Assembly (NCBI GenBank): GCA_934500865.1
Contig: CAKSUD010000024.1
Location: 1-22,565, forward strand
From: an uncultured Clostridia bacterium
Lineage (GTDB): Bacteria > Bacillota > Clostridia > TANB77 > RGIG9151
Direction: 5' to 3'
Length of the DNA: 22,565 nucleotides
The notes under the pieces were generated by a model. That model was not told the origin of the DNA. It did no database searches and saw only the letters and a program-made list of their open reading frames with translations. Both the position numbers and the translations under genes were made by a program. Position 1 is the first letter of the stretch. Every line of letters begins with the position of its first letter. Below, piece after piece: positions 6,487-15,448 of the stretch.

Positions 6487-8123
6487 TTTAAACTTTCGAG
6501 TGGTTCAACATATAGAGTTTTATAATTTTCATATATTACCATACCCGGTTTTGCACCGGGTATTTTTTTAACGTTTTTCACCAATGTATAATCAACCTCA
6601 ACTTTAGGGGAATTTTTTAATTTACTATGATATGCAGCAAGTGAGGCCACTTTAGATAATGTTTCGCATGAAACATTATCTAAACTAACATTGTTTAAAC
6701 GCAAAATAGCGTGTGATCCGGGAGCGTTTTTTACATGAAACCATATATCTGTTTTTGATGCAATATGAAATGTTAGTTTATCATTTTGAATGTTGTTTTT
6801 TCCTATTAATACTTTATAGTTACTAACATCAAATTCTAGTGGTTTTGAAGGCATATCCTTTTGTTTTTTTGATACTTTTTTTATGATTCCTTGTTCTATT
6901 AATTCTAATTTTATTTCTTCTAAATCTTCAATATACTTTTGAGTATGTATTTCATAAAATAGACTTTCAAAGTAGTTTAGGGCAGAGATTAATTCTTCTT
7001 TTTGTTTTGAACAGGCAATTAAAGTATTTTTTAATTTATTATATTTTTTAAATATGCTTTGCAAATTTTGTGATGCTGTTAAATTAGGATTTAACTGTAA
7101 TGTTATAGGACAGCCTGTGTAATAGTTATCTAGTGTAATTTCTTTATCAAATGGCTTTACTTTATATAAATTTGAGCTTAGAAGTTCTCCTTCTATTTTT
7201 AATTTTTCCATATCTTTTGTGGATTCGATTTTTTTATTAACTATTTCAAGATTTTTTTCATATTTTGATACTAATTTTGAAACTATGTGAGCCAGTTCGT
7301 TTTTAGCACTTTCTATTTTTCTGTTTTCTAGTTTATATGTATAAAAATAGTCTATTGCTTGTGATAAAGAATCAAAATGCTTTTTGTTATAATTTGAGGG
7401 TAAATCTATAAAATAAAAATCTTTTGGTATGTTATTATCTAATAAAACAACAGGTTGTACTTTGTGATTAATGAAGTTATTAAATTCATCGTATGACGAA
7501 ATGTTAAGTGAATTTGAAACTAAAGTACAAATTCCTGTAAAATGAGCTGAAAGTTTATTGTCGGATTGCAAAATATTATCAAAATCAGCTTTTTTTATAG
7601 AAAATGGATTTTGTTTATCTTGAGATGGGGGAAGAATATATTTTCTTCCTGGCATAACTTCACGAACACTGCTTATTTCAAAGTCTATATGATGAATTGA
7701 GTCGATAATAGTGTTGTTTTCAGTGGTAAGTATAATATTACTATGCTTTCCCATCATTTCTATAATTAGAATTTTAGTTTCTTTGTCTCCTAATTCATTA
7801 CTATTTTCAAATGTAAAGTTTATTATTCTATCATTATTAGGTTGAAAAATATTGACGAGTTTCGCTCCGAGTAAATATTTTCTTAAAACCATACAAAAAT
7901 TAAATGGTTTTGTTGGATTTTCTATACTTTTAACTTCTGTTATATGTGCTCTTGCATTTTCGGCATTTGCAGATAATAAGAGTTTATATGTAACTCTATT
8001 ATTTCTGATGAATAATAGAGTTTCATCTTTATTTGGTTGTATTATTTTATCTATTTTTCCTTCTAACAGTATAGAGGATAATTCATTACAAATATTTTTT
8101 GTTACTAATCCATCGTATGGCAT
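6483..8123 (-). CDS. rqcH: RqcH / NFACT-family ribosome quality control protein (historically annotated fibronectin-binding protein A)
   Basis: NFACT-N-like N-terminus MPYDGLVTKNICNELSSILLEGKIDKIIQPNKDETLLFIR, a central coiled coil, and the NFACT-R/DUF814 block DIWFHVKNAPGSHAILR. SD AAAGGAG at 8131-8137 (minus strand). A TGGTAAAAT extended -10-like element lies at 8165-8157 in the 50-nt gap after spoIIR. Confidence 0.9.
   Translation of the reverse strand: MPYDGLVTKNICNELSSILLEGKIDKIIQPNKDETLLFIRNNRVTYKLLLSANAENARAHITEVKSIENPTKPFNFCMVLRKYLLGAKLVNIFQPNNDRIINFTFENSNELGDKETKILIIEMMGKHSNIILTTENNTIIDSIHHIDFEISSVREVMPGRKYILPPSQDKQNPFSIKKADFDNILQSDNKLSAHFTGICTLVSNSLNISSYDEFNNFINHKVQPVVLLDNNIPKDFYFIDLPSNYNKKHFDSLSQAIDYFYTYKLENRKIESAKNELAHIVSKLVSKYEKNLEIVNKKIESTKDMEKLKIEGELLSSNLYKVKPFDKEITLDNYYTGCPITLQLNPNLTASQNLQSIFKKYNKLKNTLIACSKQKEELISALNYFESLFYEIHTQKYIEDLEEIKLELIEQGIIKKVSKKQKDMPSKPLEFDVSNYKVLIGKNNIQNDKLTFHIASKTDIWFHVKNAPGSHAILRLNNVSLDNVSCETLSKVASLAAYHSKLKNSPKVEVDYTLVKNVKKIPGAKPGMVIYENYKTLYVEPLESLN
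6541..6569 (+). terminator. Rho-independent terminator for the surface-protein gene, embedded in the 3' coding end of the convergent rqcH
   Basis: 9-bp stem ATACCCGGT (6541-6549) / ACCGGGTAT (6555-6563), loop TTTGC, then six T (6564-6569). On the minus strand the same bases encode KKIPGAKPGMV of RqcH. Confidence 0.6.
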
Positions 8124-8173
8124 AAATAGTCTCCTTTTTGTTTATATTTTGAGATTATTTTACCATATAGTCT

Positions 8174-8776
8174 TTAAGAATTCCACCATTCTAGTAATCT
8201 AAACTTTATTTTTACATCAGGCTTATCTGAGTTTATTAGATTGTATTCTTCGTCTGTAAGATTTTCTTTCAAAGTTTTTTCAGATTTTTCATTAAATGTT
8301 CCGGCAGAACTATCAGTAAAACATAATGGAGGGAACATGACACACCACCAATTGTTTCCTTTTCCTTCTCCGATAATTATTTTTAGTGCTTCATATTCTC
8401 CGGCAGGAAAGGATACTTTTTGATAGTGCTTTGTTGGAAAGTTAGATGTGTTTAATGAAACTGCAATTGGGTAATCTGTATATTCCGATACGACCTCACT
8501 AGCAATATTTTTTATATTATCCATATTACCGGAAATTATTTTTTTTGTTTCATTTAGGTCAGTACTATTTTCTAATTTAGGAGTAAGGAATTCTACTACT
8601 TTATCTCTTACTTTTAATTTTAAGTTTTGGTCAAATGATGAATTGCTGTTAGCAAGTATATGGAGTCGTAAAACTTTATTAGCTAAAGAATGTTGGATGG
8701 ATATACTGTTAAAAATATATAATATAGATATCAAAATTAAAGATAAAATTGAAATTGATACAGTTTTTCTTAACAC
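8174..8776 (-). CDS. spoIIR: Stage II sporulation protein R (forespore signal for pro-sigma-E processing)
   Basis: Hallmark blocks LRLHILANSNSSFDQNLKLKVRD, FPAGEYEALKIIIGEGKGNNWWCVMFPPLCF and C-terminal KFRLLEWW. N-terminal signal/anchor. GTG start with SD GGGGGA. Confidence 0.9.
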   Translation of the reverse strand: MLRKTVSISILSLILISILYIFNSISIQHSLANKVLRLHILANSNSSFDQNLKLKVRDKVVEFLTPKLENSTDLNETKKIISGNMDNIKNIASEVVSEYTDYPIAVSLNTSNFPTKHYQKVSFPAGEYEALKIIIGEGKGNNWWCVMFPPLCFTDSSAGTFNEKSEKTLKENLTDEEYNLINSDKPDVKIKFRLLEWWNS

Positions 8777-8800
8777 GGTTAATTTCCCCCTTTAATTTTG

Positions 8801-8828
8801 ATTATTTCCATTTTTTCAATATTAATAC
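8801..8828 (-). promoter_or_regulatory. Candidate forespore (sigma-F/G type) promoter of spoIIR
   Basis: The minus strand reads GTATT (8828-8824), 14 nt, GGAAATAAT (8809-8801). This resembles the remembered sigma-F pattern G[C/T]ATA - 14/15 nt - GGnnAnAnT. It ends 25 nt before the GTG start. By-eye match only. Confidence 0.35.
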
Positions 8829-8842
8829 CATTTAAATAGAAT

Positions 8843-8869
8843 TTGACAAGAAAACATTATTAATATACT
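8843..8869 (+). promoter_or_regulatory. Candidate sigma-A promoter for the acyl-CoA ligase gene
   Basis: Perfect TTGACA (8843-8848) followed by TATACT (8864-8869), but the spacer is only 15 nt, so function is uncertain. Confidence 0.3.
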
Positions 8870-8893
8870 CTACTAAAAGATAAGGAGGCTATT

Positions 8894-10690
8894 ATGGAAA
8901 AGAAGGAAGTTTTAATTTATGAAGAAAATAATAGAACCATTTATAAGGGAAACGGAAATATAGATGGTGATAAATTACTTAATTTAAGAGATTTAGTGAC
9001 GAGTTCTAAAACTAAATATGGTGAAAGAATAGCATTTAAGTTTAAAAGAAACAGAAAAATTGTTGAAAAGAGTTATTTAGATTTTGCATCTGATATAGAC
9101 TGTATGGGTACAGCACTTTGTACTTTGGGTTTGAAGGGTAAAAAAATTGCTATTATTTCTGAAAACAGATATGAATGGGCAGTAAGTTATCTAGCAATAG
9201 CGAACGGAACAGGAGTGGTTGTACCACTTGATAAACATTTGCCAGAGTCTGAAATAGAGAATTTACTTTTGCGAAGTAAATGCGAGGCGATATTTTTTAG
9301 TAAACAATATAAGGATATAATGAAAAGTATTTCGTTAAAGAACAATTTTGTTAAAAAGTATATATGTATGGATGATATTCCTATGGATAAAGAAAAGAAA
9401 TTTGTTACAATGGACTATTTGGCTGGAAAAGGCACAAAGGAATTAATAAAGGGAAATAAATGTTTTACTAATGCTAAAATAGAAAATGAGTCTATGAATT
9501 TTTTAATATTTACTTCCGGTACTACAAAGGCTTCTAAGGGGGTTATGTTATCGCATAAAAATATAATTTCGGGTATTAATTCTTGTGCTGCAATAATAAA
9601 GTTGAATAAGGATGATGTGCATTTATCGTTATTGCCTTTACACCATACATTCGAGAATACAATTGGCTTTTTATATATGGTATACTCTGGAGTATGTATT
9701 GCTTATTGTGAAGGAATAAAACATTTGGCAGAAAATTTACAAGAATTTGATGTAAGTATATTAATTGCTGTTCCTGCTATATACGAAGCACTATATAAAA
9801 GGTTTAATGAAGGAATTAAGAAAAGTGGTAAAGAAAAGGTTGTAAAGACTTTGGAAAAATTAGCTACTTTTTGTGATAGACTTGGCTTTAATGCACGAAG
9901 GAAGATTATGTCGCCGATAAGAAATAGAATTTCGCCAAAGCTAAGGTTTATGGTGTCTGGTGCTGCTCCTATGAAAGAGGATATAATTGAGACTTTTGAA
10001 AATATCGGAATAAGATTTGTTCAAGGATATGGACTTACTGAGACTGCACCTATTGTATGTGCGACCAATCCTGAGAAGAGAATGGTTGGGGGCGTAGGAT
10101 ATCCTGTAAAGGATGTATCCGTTACTTTAGATAATATAGATGAAAACGGAATCGGTGAATTACTTGTAAAAGGTGGAAATGTTACTTTAGGATATTTTGA
10201 AAATGAAGAAGAAACAAAGGAAGTCTTTACTGAGGATGGTTGGTTTAAGACAGGAGACTTGGCTCAAATTTCTAAAGACGGGGAAGTTAAAATAGTTGGA
10301 AGGGCTAAATCAATGATTGTTTTTCCAAATGGTAAAAAAGCATTCCCAGAGGAATATGAATCAATACTTAATCTTGAAAATTTTATAAAAGAATCGTTTG
10401 TTTGGGGATATAAAACTAAAGACGGAGATGTGCAGATTTGTGCTAAGATTGTTGTAGATGGAAAAGATGAAAGTGTTGCAAGTAAAGTTGAAGAAGTAAT
10501 AAAAGAGATAAATAAAAATGTTCCTCAATATAAAATTATTAGATATTTTATTTTAACGAATGAGGAGTTGATAAAAACTACGACATTAAAGATAAAAAGA
10601 CCGATAGAGCAAAAAAATACTGAAGAGTATATTAGTTCTACAGGTAAAGATATGCGAAAGCTAAATAAGAGTTTTATTCATAAAGTGTGA
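8894..10690 (+). CDS. AMP-dependent synthetase/ligase, long-chain fatty acid-CoA ligase-like
   Basis: AMP-binding signature LIFTSGTTKASKGVMLSHKN. Also GYGLTETAP, GWFKTGD and the C-terminal lysine block LKIKRP. SD AAGGAGG at 8882-8888. Confidence 0.85.
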   Translation: MEKKEVLIYEENNRTIYKGNGNIDGDKLLNLRDLVTSSKTKYGERIAFKFKRNRKIVEKSYLDFASDIDCMGTALCTLGLKGKKIAIISENRYEWAVSYLAIANGTGVVVPLDKHLPESEIENLLLRSKCEAIFFSKQYKDIMKSISLKNNFVKKYICMDDIPMDKEKKFVTMDYLAGKGTKELIKGNKCFTNAKIENESMNFLIFTSGTTKASKGVMLSHKNIISGINSCAAIIKLNKDDVHLSLLPLHHTFENTIGFLYMVYSGVCIAYCEGIKHLAENLQEFDVSILIAVPAIYEALYKRFNEGIKKSGKEKVVKTLEKLATFCDRLGFNARRKIMSPIRNRISPKLRFMVSGAAPMKEDIIETFENIGIRFVQGYGLTETAPIVCATNPEKRMVGGVGYPVKDVSVTLDNIDENGIGELLVKGGNVTLGYFENEEETKEVFTEDGWFKTGDLAQISKDGEVKIVGRAKSMIVFPNGKKAFPEEYESILNLENFIKESFVWGYKTKDGDVQICAKIVVDGKDESVASKVEEVIKEINKNVPQYKIIRYFILTNEELIKTTTLKIKRPIEQKNTEEYISSTGKDMRKLNKSFIHKV

Positions 10691-10738
10691 TAACATGGTG
10701 AAAGTTTGTAAATACTGCTAGTGTTTTTACAAAATCTG

Positions 10739-10747
10739 TGATACAAT
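10739..10747 (+). promoter_or_regulatory. Candidate extended -10 promoter (TGaTACAAT) upstream of prfA
   Basis: TGATACAAT at 10739-10747, 39 nt before the ATG. There is no good -35 at 17-nt spacing. Confidence 0.35.
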
Positions 10748-10785
10748 ATAAAAGGTTAAAAAGATGTATTGAAAGGATGAATTAA

Positions 10786-11847
10786 ATGTTTAATAAATTA
10801 AAGGGTGTAGAGGAAAGATATGAGGAGCTTACGGCTGAAATTAGTAAACCTGAAGTGATTGCGGACCAGAATACTTGGAAAAAGCTTATGAAAGAAAGAG
10901 CTGATATGGAGGATATTGTTAACAAATATCGCGAATATAAACAAGTTAGAACCGATATAGACAGTGCAAAAGAACTATTAAATGATAAAGAACTTCATGA
11001 GCTTGCTCAAATGGAATTGGTGACTGGAGAAGAAAAATTAAGAGTTATTGAGGAAGAGTTAAAAGTCTTACTTTTACCAAAAGACCCAAATGATGATAAA
11101 AACGTTATTGTAGAAATTCGTGGCGGTGCCGGTGGAGAAGAGGCTGCTTTATTTGCCGGAACTTTATTTAGAATGTATAGTAGGTATGCAGAAAGAAAAA
11201 GATGGAAGGTTGAAGTCTTAAATGATAATCCAACAGGTCTTGGAGGATATAAAGAAGTTAGTTTCATGATTTCTGGTAAAGGTGCATATAGTAAATTGAA
11301 GTTTGAAAGTGGTGTGCATCGTGTACAACGTGTACCGGAGACCGAGACTAATGGAAGAATACACACTTCTACAGTTACTGTTGCCGTTTTACCCGAACTT
11401 GAAGAGGTAGATATAGAGATTAATCCGGCTGATTTAAAGACAGACACGTATCGTTCTAGTGGTGCTGGTGGTCAACATGTAAATAAGACAGAATCTGCAA
11501 TAAGAATTACACATATTCCTACCGGAATTGTTGTTGCGTGTCAAGAGGAGCGTTCTCAAATTCAAAATAGAGAAAGAGCTATGACTATGCTTCGTGCAAA
11601 ATTATTTGAACAACAAGAAGAAGAACGAATGAAAAAGATGGCTAATGATAGAAAAATGCAAGTTGGAACAGGAGATAGAAGTGAAAAAATCAGAACTTAT
11701 AATTATCCTCAAGGAAGGGTAACAGATCATAGAATTAATTATAGTGTTTTCCAATTAGAGAATTTTACAGACGGAGATTTGGATGAAATGATTGATGCAT
11801 TGATTACCGCGGATAGAGCTATTAAATTATCTGTACAAAATGGCTAG
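10786..11847 (+). CDS. prfA: Peptide chain release factor 1
   Basis: GGQ motif [25 protein letters not shown]1-type PxT tripeptide ([14 protein letters not shown]) rather than the SPF of RF2. Typical N-terminus [15 protein letters not shown]. The frame is uninterrupted. Confidence 0.95.
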   Translation: MFNKLKGVEERYEELTAEISKPEVIADQNTWKKLMKERADMEDIVNKYREYKQVRTDIDSAKELLNDKELHELAQMELVTGEEKLRVIEEELKVLLLPKDPNDDKNVIVEIRGGAGGEEAALFAGTLFRMYSRYAERKRWKVEVLNDNPTGLGGYKEVSFMISGKGAYSKLKFESGVHRVQRVPETETNGRIHTSTVTVAVLPELEEVDIEINPADLKTDTYRSSGAGGQHVNKTESAIRITHIPTGIVVACQEERSQIQNRERAMTMLRAKLFEQQEEERMKKMANDRKMQVGTGDRSEKIRTYNYPQGRVTDHRINYSVFQLENFTDGDLDEMIDALITADRAIKLSVQNG

Positions 11848-11861
11848 AAAGGAATTTTTGC

Positions 11862-12608
11862 ATGGCTAATGATATCTTTTTTATTTCTGTGTTTGGTACG
11901 ATAATGGGAATTATAGGTACCGGTTTAGGTGGAATTATTGGGTGTTTTATAAAGAATACATCTAATAAGGTTTCTAGTGCTTTTTTGCAACTATCTGCTG
12001 GTGTTATGACTTCTGTTGTATGCTTTGATTTACTCCCTGAGGGTTTTAAATTGGCGAATATGAAAATAACGCTTATAGGCTTTATATTTGGAGTGTTAAC
12101 ACTTCTTGTGACAGAGGATATAATCAGAAGACTTCAGAGAAAAACATCAAAAAATACTGGTGAAAACAAAAAACTATTTAGGGTTGGCTTTTTGATTTTT
12201 ATTGGTATAATGTTACATAATTTGCCTGAGGGTCTTGCGATTGGTGCAGGTTTTGGGGTTTCTATGCATATGGGAATTACTCTTGCAATTGTTATTGCAC
12301 TTCATGATGTTCCTGAAGGAATTGCGATTGCTTTACCTTTAAGGAAAGCTGGAACTGGTTTTTTTAAGGCTGCGGGACTTGCGTTTTTATCGGGTGTTCC
12401 TACAGGAATTGGAGCATTAATAGGTGCTCTAGTGGGAGGAATTTCTGAAGCTACTATTGGTATATCTTTAGGATTTGCCGGTGGGGCAATGTTATATATT
12501 GTTAGTGGTGAGTTAATTCCTGAGTCTAGGGATATGTATAAAGGTAGATTTTCTGTATTAGCATACATAGTTGGTTTTATTGCAGGAATATTGGTGACAT
12601 CGTTATAG
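11862..12608 (+). CDS. zupT: ZIP-family (ZupT/GufA-like) divalent metal transporter
   Basis: Two ZIP signature helices, MLHNLPEGLAIGAGF and ALHDVPEGIAIALPL. Multiple hydrophobic helices. 248 aa. SD AAGGA 8 nt upstream, and only 14 nt after the prfA stop. Confidence 0.85.
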   Translation: MANDIFFISVFGTIMGIIGTGLGGIIGCFIKNTSNKVSSAFLQLSAGVMTSVVCFDLLPEGFKLANMKITLIGFIFGVLTLLVTEDIIRRLQRKTSKNTGENKKLFRVGFLIFIGIMLHNLPEGLAIGAGFGVSMHMGITLAIVIALHDVPEGIAIALPLRKAGTGFFKAAGLAFLSGVPTGIGALIGALVGGISEATIGISLGFAGGAMLYIVSGELIPESRDMYKGRFSVLAYIVGFIAGILVTSL

Positions 12609-12629
12609 TTGATAAATGGAGGTTTTTTT

Positions 12630-13511
12630 GTGAAAGTTAGAATTTTGTCAGTTATTACTATATTAATTTTGTTTTTTACAGGTTGTGACCATGTTGAAGA
12701 AAAGGAAAAAGTGGGGGTTAATATTGTTACCTCTTTTTATACTACATATGTTTTTACTAAGAATATAACTAAGGATGTTCCAAATGTTAATGTGGAAAAT
12801 ATGTCTGACAACCATAGCGGTTGCTTGCATGATTATCATTTAGATACAAAAGATATGAAAAAGATTGAAAATGCTGATGTTTTTGTTATAAACGGTGCCG
12901 GACTTGAAAGTTTTTTGGAAAAAGTATATGAAAAAGAAGATTTATATCTTATTGATGCAAGTGAAGATTTAGACCTTATTCAAAGTAAATATGAGGACAA
13001 GCCTAATGAACATACTTGGCTTAGTATATCTAATGCTATATTGCAAGTAGATAAGATTGCAACGAAGTTGGCTGAGATAGATAAGGACAATGCTGACAAG
13101 TATATTGAAAATAAAAACGCATATATTGAAAGACTTAAAGAATTACGAAATGAATTAAGAGAAAGTTTATATGATGTAAGTAAGGAAATAAAAATTGTTA
13201 CAACGCATGATGCGTTTGCTTATTTTGCAAGTGATTTTGATATTGACATTGTTGATGTTATTGAAAGAGAAGAAGGACAATCTCCTACTCAAAAAGAAAT
13301 GAAGACTATTATAGATAATATTAAAGAAAACGATGTTTGCGGAATTTTTATTGAGCCTGATTATTCTAATAAATTGGCACAAACTATTGCAAATGAAAGT
13401 AATGTAAAAGTATATACTTTGGATTCTATAACAAGCGGAGACGGAAATATTTATGATTATGAAAATAAGATGAAGCAAAATATAGAGACAATAAGGGAGA
13501 GTATAAAATGA
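12630..13511 (+). CDS. Metal ABC transporter substrate-binding lipoprotein (cluster A-I, ZnuA/TroA-like)
   Basis: Preferred start is GTG 12630, after GGAGG (12618-12622). Lipobox LFFTGC. Metal-ligand contexts CLHDYHLDTKD, NEHTWLS and TTHDAFAYFA, plus a long interdomain helix. Metal specificity cannot be read from the sequence. Confidence 0.85.
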   Translation: MKVRILSVITILILFFTGCDHVEEKEKVGVNIVTSFYTTYVFTKNITKDVPNVNVENMSDNHSGCLHDYHLDTKDMKKIENADVFVINGAGLESFLEKVYEKEDLYLIDASEDLDLIQSKYEDKPNEHTWLSISNAILQVDKIATKLAEIDKDNADKYIENKNAYIERLKELRNELRESLYDVSKEIKIVTTHDAFAYFASDFDIDIVDVIEREEGQSPTQKEMKTIIDNIKENDVCGIFIEPDYSNKLAQTIANESNVKVYTLDSITSGDGNIYDYENKMKQNIETIRESIK

Positions 13512-14233
13512 TTTTAAGGTTGAAAAAATGTAATTTGTGTTGTACTAAAATTACTAATTTTTCAGTTAAAAAGGGTAATACTACGATTTTAGAAGATGTA
13601 AATCTTCATATACATTGTGGAGATTTGACTGCTATTATCGGACCGAATGGGGCAGGGAAAAGTACTTTCTTAAAGGCTATTTTGGGAGAAATTCCTCATG
13701 AGGGAACATTATCTTTTGTGGATGAAAAAAACAGAACTGCTAGAGAACCTAGAATAGGATATGTACCTCAATTTTTAGATTTTGATAAAACTAGTCCGGT
13801 TAGCGTTAAAGACCTATTTAATGTTACATACTCTAATTTCCCTTCTTGGATATCATGCAAGAAGAAAGTAAAGAATAGTGCAATCGAAGCATTAAAAAAG
13901 GTTGAAGCAGAAGAACTTGTGGAAAAAAGACTTGGAGATTTATCGGGTGGAGAATTGCAAAGAGTTTTACTCGCTCTTGCATTAACTCCTATGCCTGATA
14001 TACTATTACTTGATGAACCTGTTTCCGGGGTAGATGTAAAGGGGATGGGAATTTTTTATGATATAGTCTCAAATATGCGCAAGAAGTATGATTTGACTAT
14101 AATTTTAATTTCTCATGATTTTGAATTAGTTAAAAAGTATGCAGACAAAGTTGTTTTATTGGACAAAACTGTAAAAAAGCAAGGCCCACCTAAGGATGTT
14201 TTTTCTAGTAAAGAGTTTAATGAACTATTCTAA
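13508..14233 (+). CDS. Metal ABC transporter ATP-binding protein (ZnuC/TroB-like)
   Basis: Walker A GPNGAGKST, signature LSGGELQRV, Walker B LLLDEP, H-loop ISHD. The start overlaps the upstream stop (ATGA at 13508-13511). Confidence 0.9.
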   Translation: MILRLKKCNLCCTKITNFSVKKGNTTILEDVNLHIHCGDLTAIIGPNGAGKSTFLKAILGEIPHEGTLSFVDEKNRTAREPRIGYVPQFLDFDKTSPVSVKDLFNVTYSNFPSWISCKKKVKNSAIEALKKVEAEELVEKRLGDLSGGELQRVLLALALTPMPDILLLDEPVSGVDVKGMGIFYDIVSNMRKKYDLTIILISHDFELVKKYADKVVLLDKTVKKQGPPKDVFSSKEFNELF

Positions 14234-14247
14234 GGAGTTGATAAATT

Positions 14248-15411
14248 TTGAAGAAAGCAATTGTTTTAGCAGGAGCGACAGTATTATTAATTACATTATC
14301 TTCAGTTTTCTATTATAAAAATGTTGATTTTTCAAATGGCAAAAGTGGTATTGAAAAGAAAGATGATTTAGCATATGTTGAATTGCCTAAATTTGAAGAG
14401 ATAGAAAAAGAAGAAAAGAAAAGTTGGTTTAGTGGACTGTTTGAGAAAAAGGATAGTTCTAAGGTTGAAGATGATATTGATAATAGCGAAGAAAATAACA
14501 ACATAATTGAAAAGGATATTTCAAAATGTAATGAAAACGGAAAGATAATGATTTTAATGTATCATAAGTTTGCAGATACTCAAAGTGACGGCTGGACAAG
14601 GTCATTTGATAATTTTAAGAAGGATTTACAAACTTTGTACGAAAAAAATTATTATCCTATAAATATGACTGATTATATTAATGGATACATAGATGTTCCG
14701 TATGGAAAGACTCCTATTATTTTAACATTTGATGATGGAACTGCAGGTCAGCTTAGCTTTGAAAGGATAGACGGAAAACTTGTTCCTAAGGAAAATACGG
14801 CTGTGTCAATTTATAAGAAGTTTTCAGAAGAACATCCTGATTTTCCTATGAGAGGTACTTTTTATATAATGTCGACTAATTTTTTTGGTTCGACTGGAAC
14901 CTTACGTCAAAGACTAGAGTATTTAGTGGCTCAAGGTTTTGAGATAGGTAATCAAACTAAAAATCATTATGCACTTCAAAAGGCTACTTCAGCAGATAAA
15001 GTTATTGAAGAAGTTGGAGGACTGGCTAAGTTTGTGGATGAATTAATTCCTGGATATGTTATTAATTCTTTTTCTATTCCAGGTGGAAGCATGACTAAGA
15101 GTTACAAAGAACAAGTATATTCAGGAACATATGATGGATTTAAGTATGAAAACAAGGGCATAGTTCTGCTTTATGGTTCTTCTCCTGAATTATCTCCTAT
15201 AAATAAAGATTTAGATTTAAAGAATCTTTCAAGGGTTAGAGTGGCAGGAAAAGATAAGGTAGATAAAGACTTTGATTATTGGATAAAATATTTTGATGAA
15301 CATCCGGAAGAAAAGTATATAAGTGACGGTGATCCTATGACTTTTGTTATAAATAAGAATGATACTGATAAAGTACAAGTTGATACTTTATATAATTTAA
15401 AGACTAAATAG
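14248..15411 (+). CDS. Membrane-anchored polysaccharide deacetylase (NodB-homology) family protein
   Basis: N-terminal TM helix, an acidic linker, then MILMYHKF and ILTFDDG (NodB motif 1). The second motif region reads EIGNQTKNH. TTG start with SD AAGGAG at 14232-14237. Confidence 0.7.
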   Translation: MKKAIVLAGATVLLITLSSVFYYKNVDFSNGKSGIEKKDDLAYVELPKFEEIEKEEKKSWFSGLFEKKDSSKVEDDIDNSEENNNIIEKDISKCNENGKIMILMYHKFADTQSDGWTRSFDNFKKDLQTLYEKNYYPINMTDYINGYIDVPYGKTPIILTFDDGTAGQLSFERIDGKLVPKENTAVSIYKKFSEEHPDFPMRGTFYIMSTNFFGSTGTLRQRLEYLVAQGFEIGNQTKNHYALQKATSADKVIEEVGGLAKFVDELIPGYVINSFSIPGGSMTKSYKEQVYSGTYDGFKYENKGIVLLYGSSPELSPINKDLDLKNLSRVRVAGKDKVDKDFDYWIKYFDEHPEEKYISDGDPMTFVINKNDTDKVQVDTLYNLKTK

Positions 15412-15414
15412 CAT

Positions 15415-15443
15415 AAAAAAGAGGCTGTAAAAGCCTCTTTTTG
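15415..15443. terminator. Bidirectional intrinsic terminator between convergent genes
   Basis: AAAAAAGAGGCT (15415-15426) / AGCCTCTTTTT (15432-15442) with loop GTAAA. An A run lies on one side and a T run on the other. Confidence 0.75.
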
Positions 15444-15448
15444 AATTA

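Noticed and set aside
10705-10733. AT-rich inverted repeat TTTGTAAA...TTTACAAA after the acyl-CoA ligase gene
   Set aside because: The 8-bp stem is almost all A-T with a 13-nt loop, and no T tract follows on either strand. It is not convincing as a terminator or as a protein-binding palindrome.
10786-11847. Possible programmed frameshift, as in release factor 2
   Set aside because: The ORF is uninterrupted and carries the RF1-type PxT motif (PET), not the SPF of RF2. It is an ordinary prfA.
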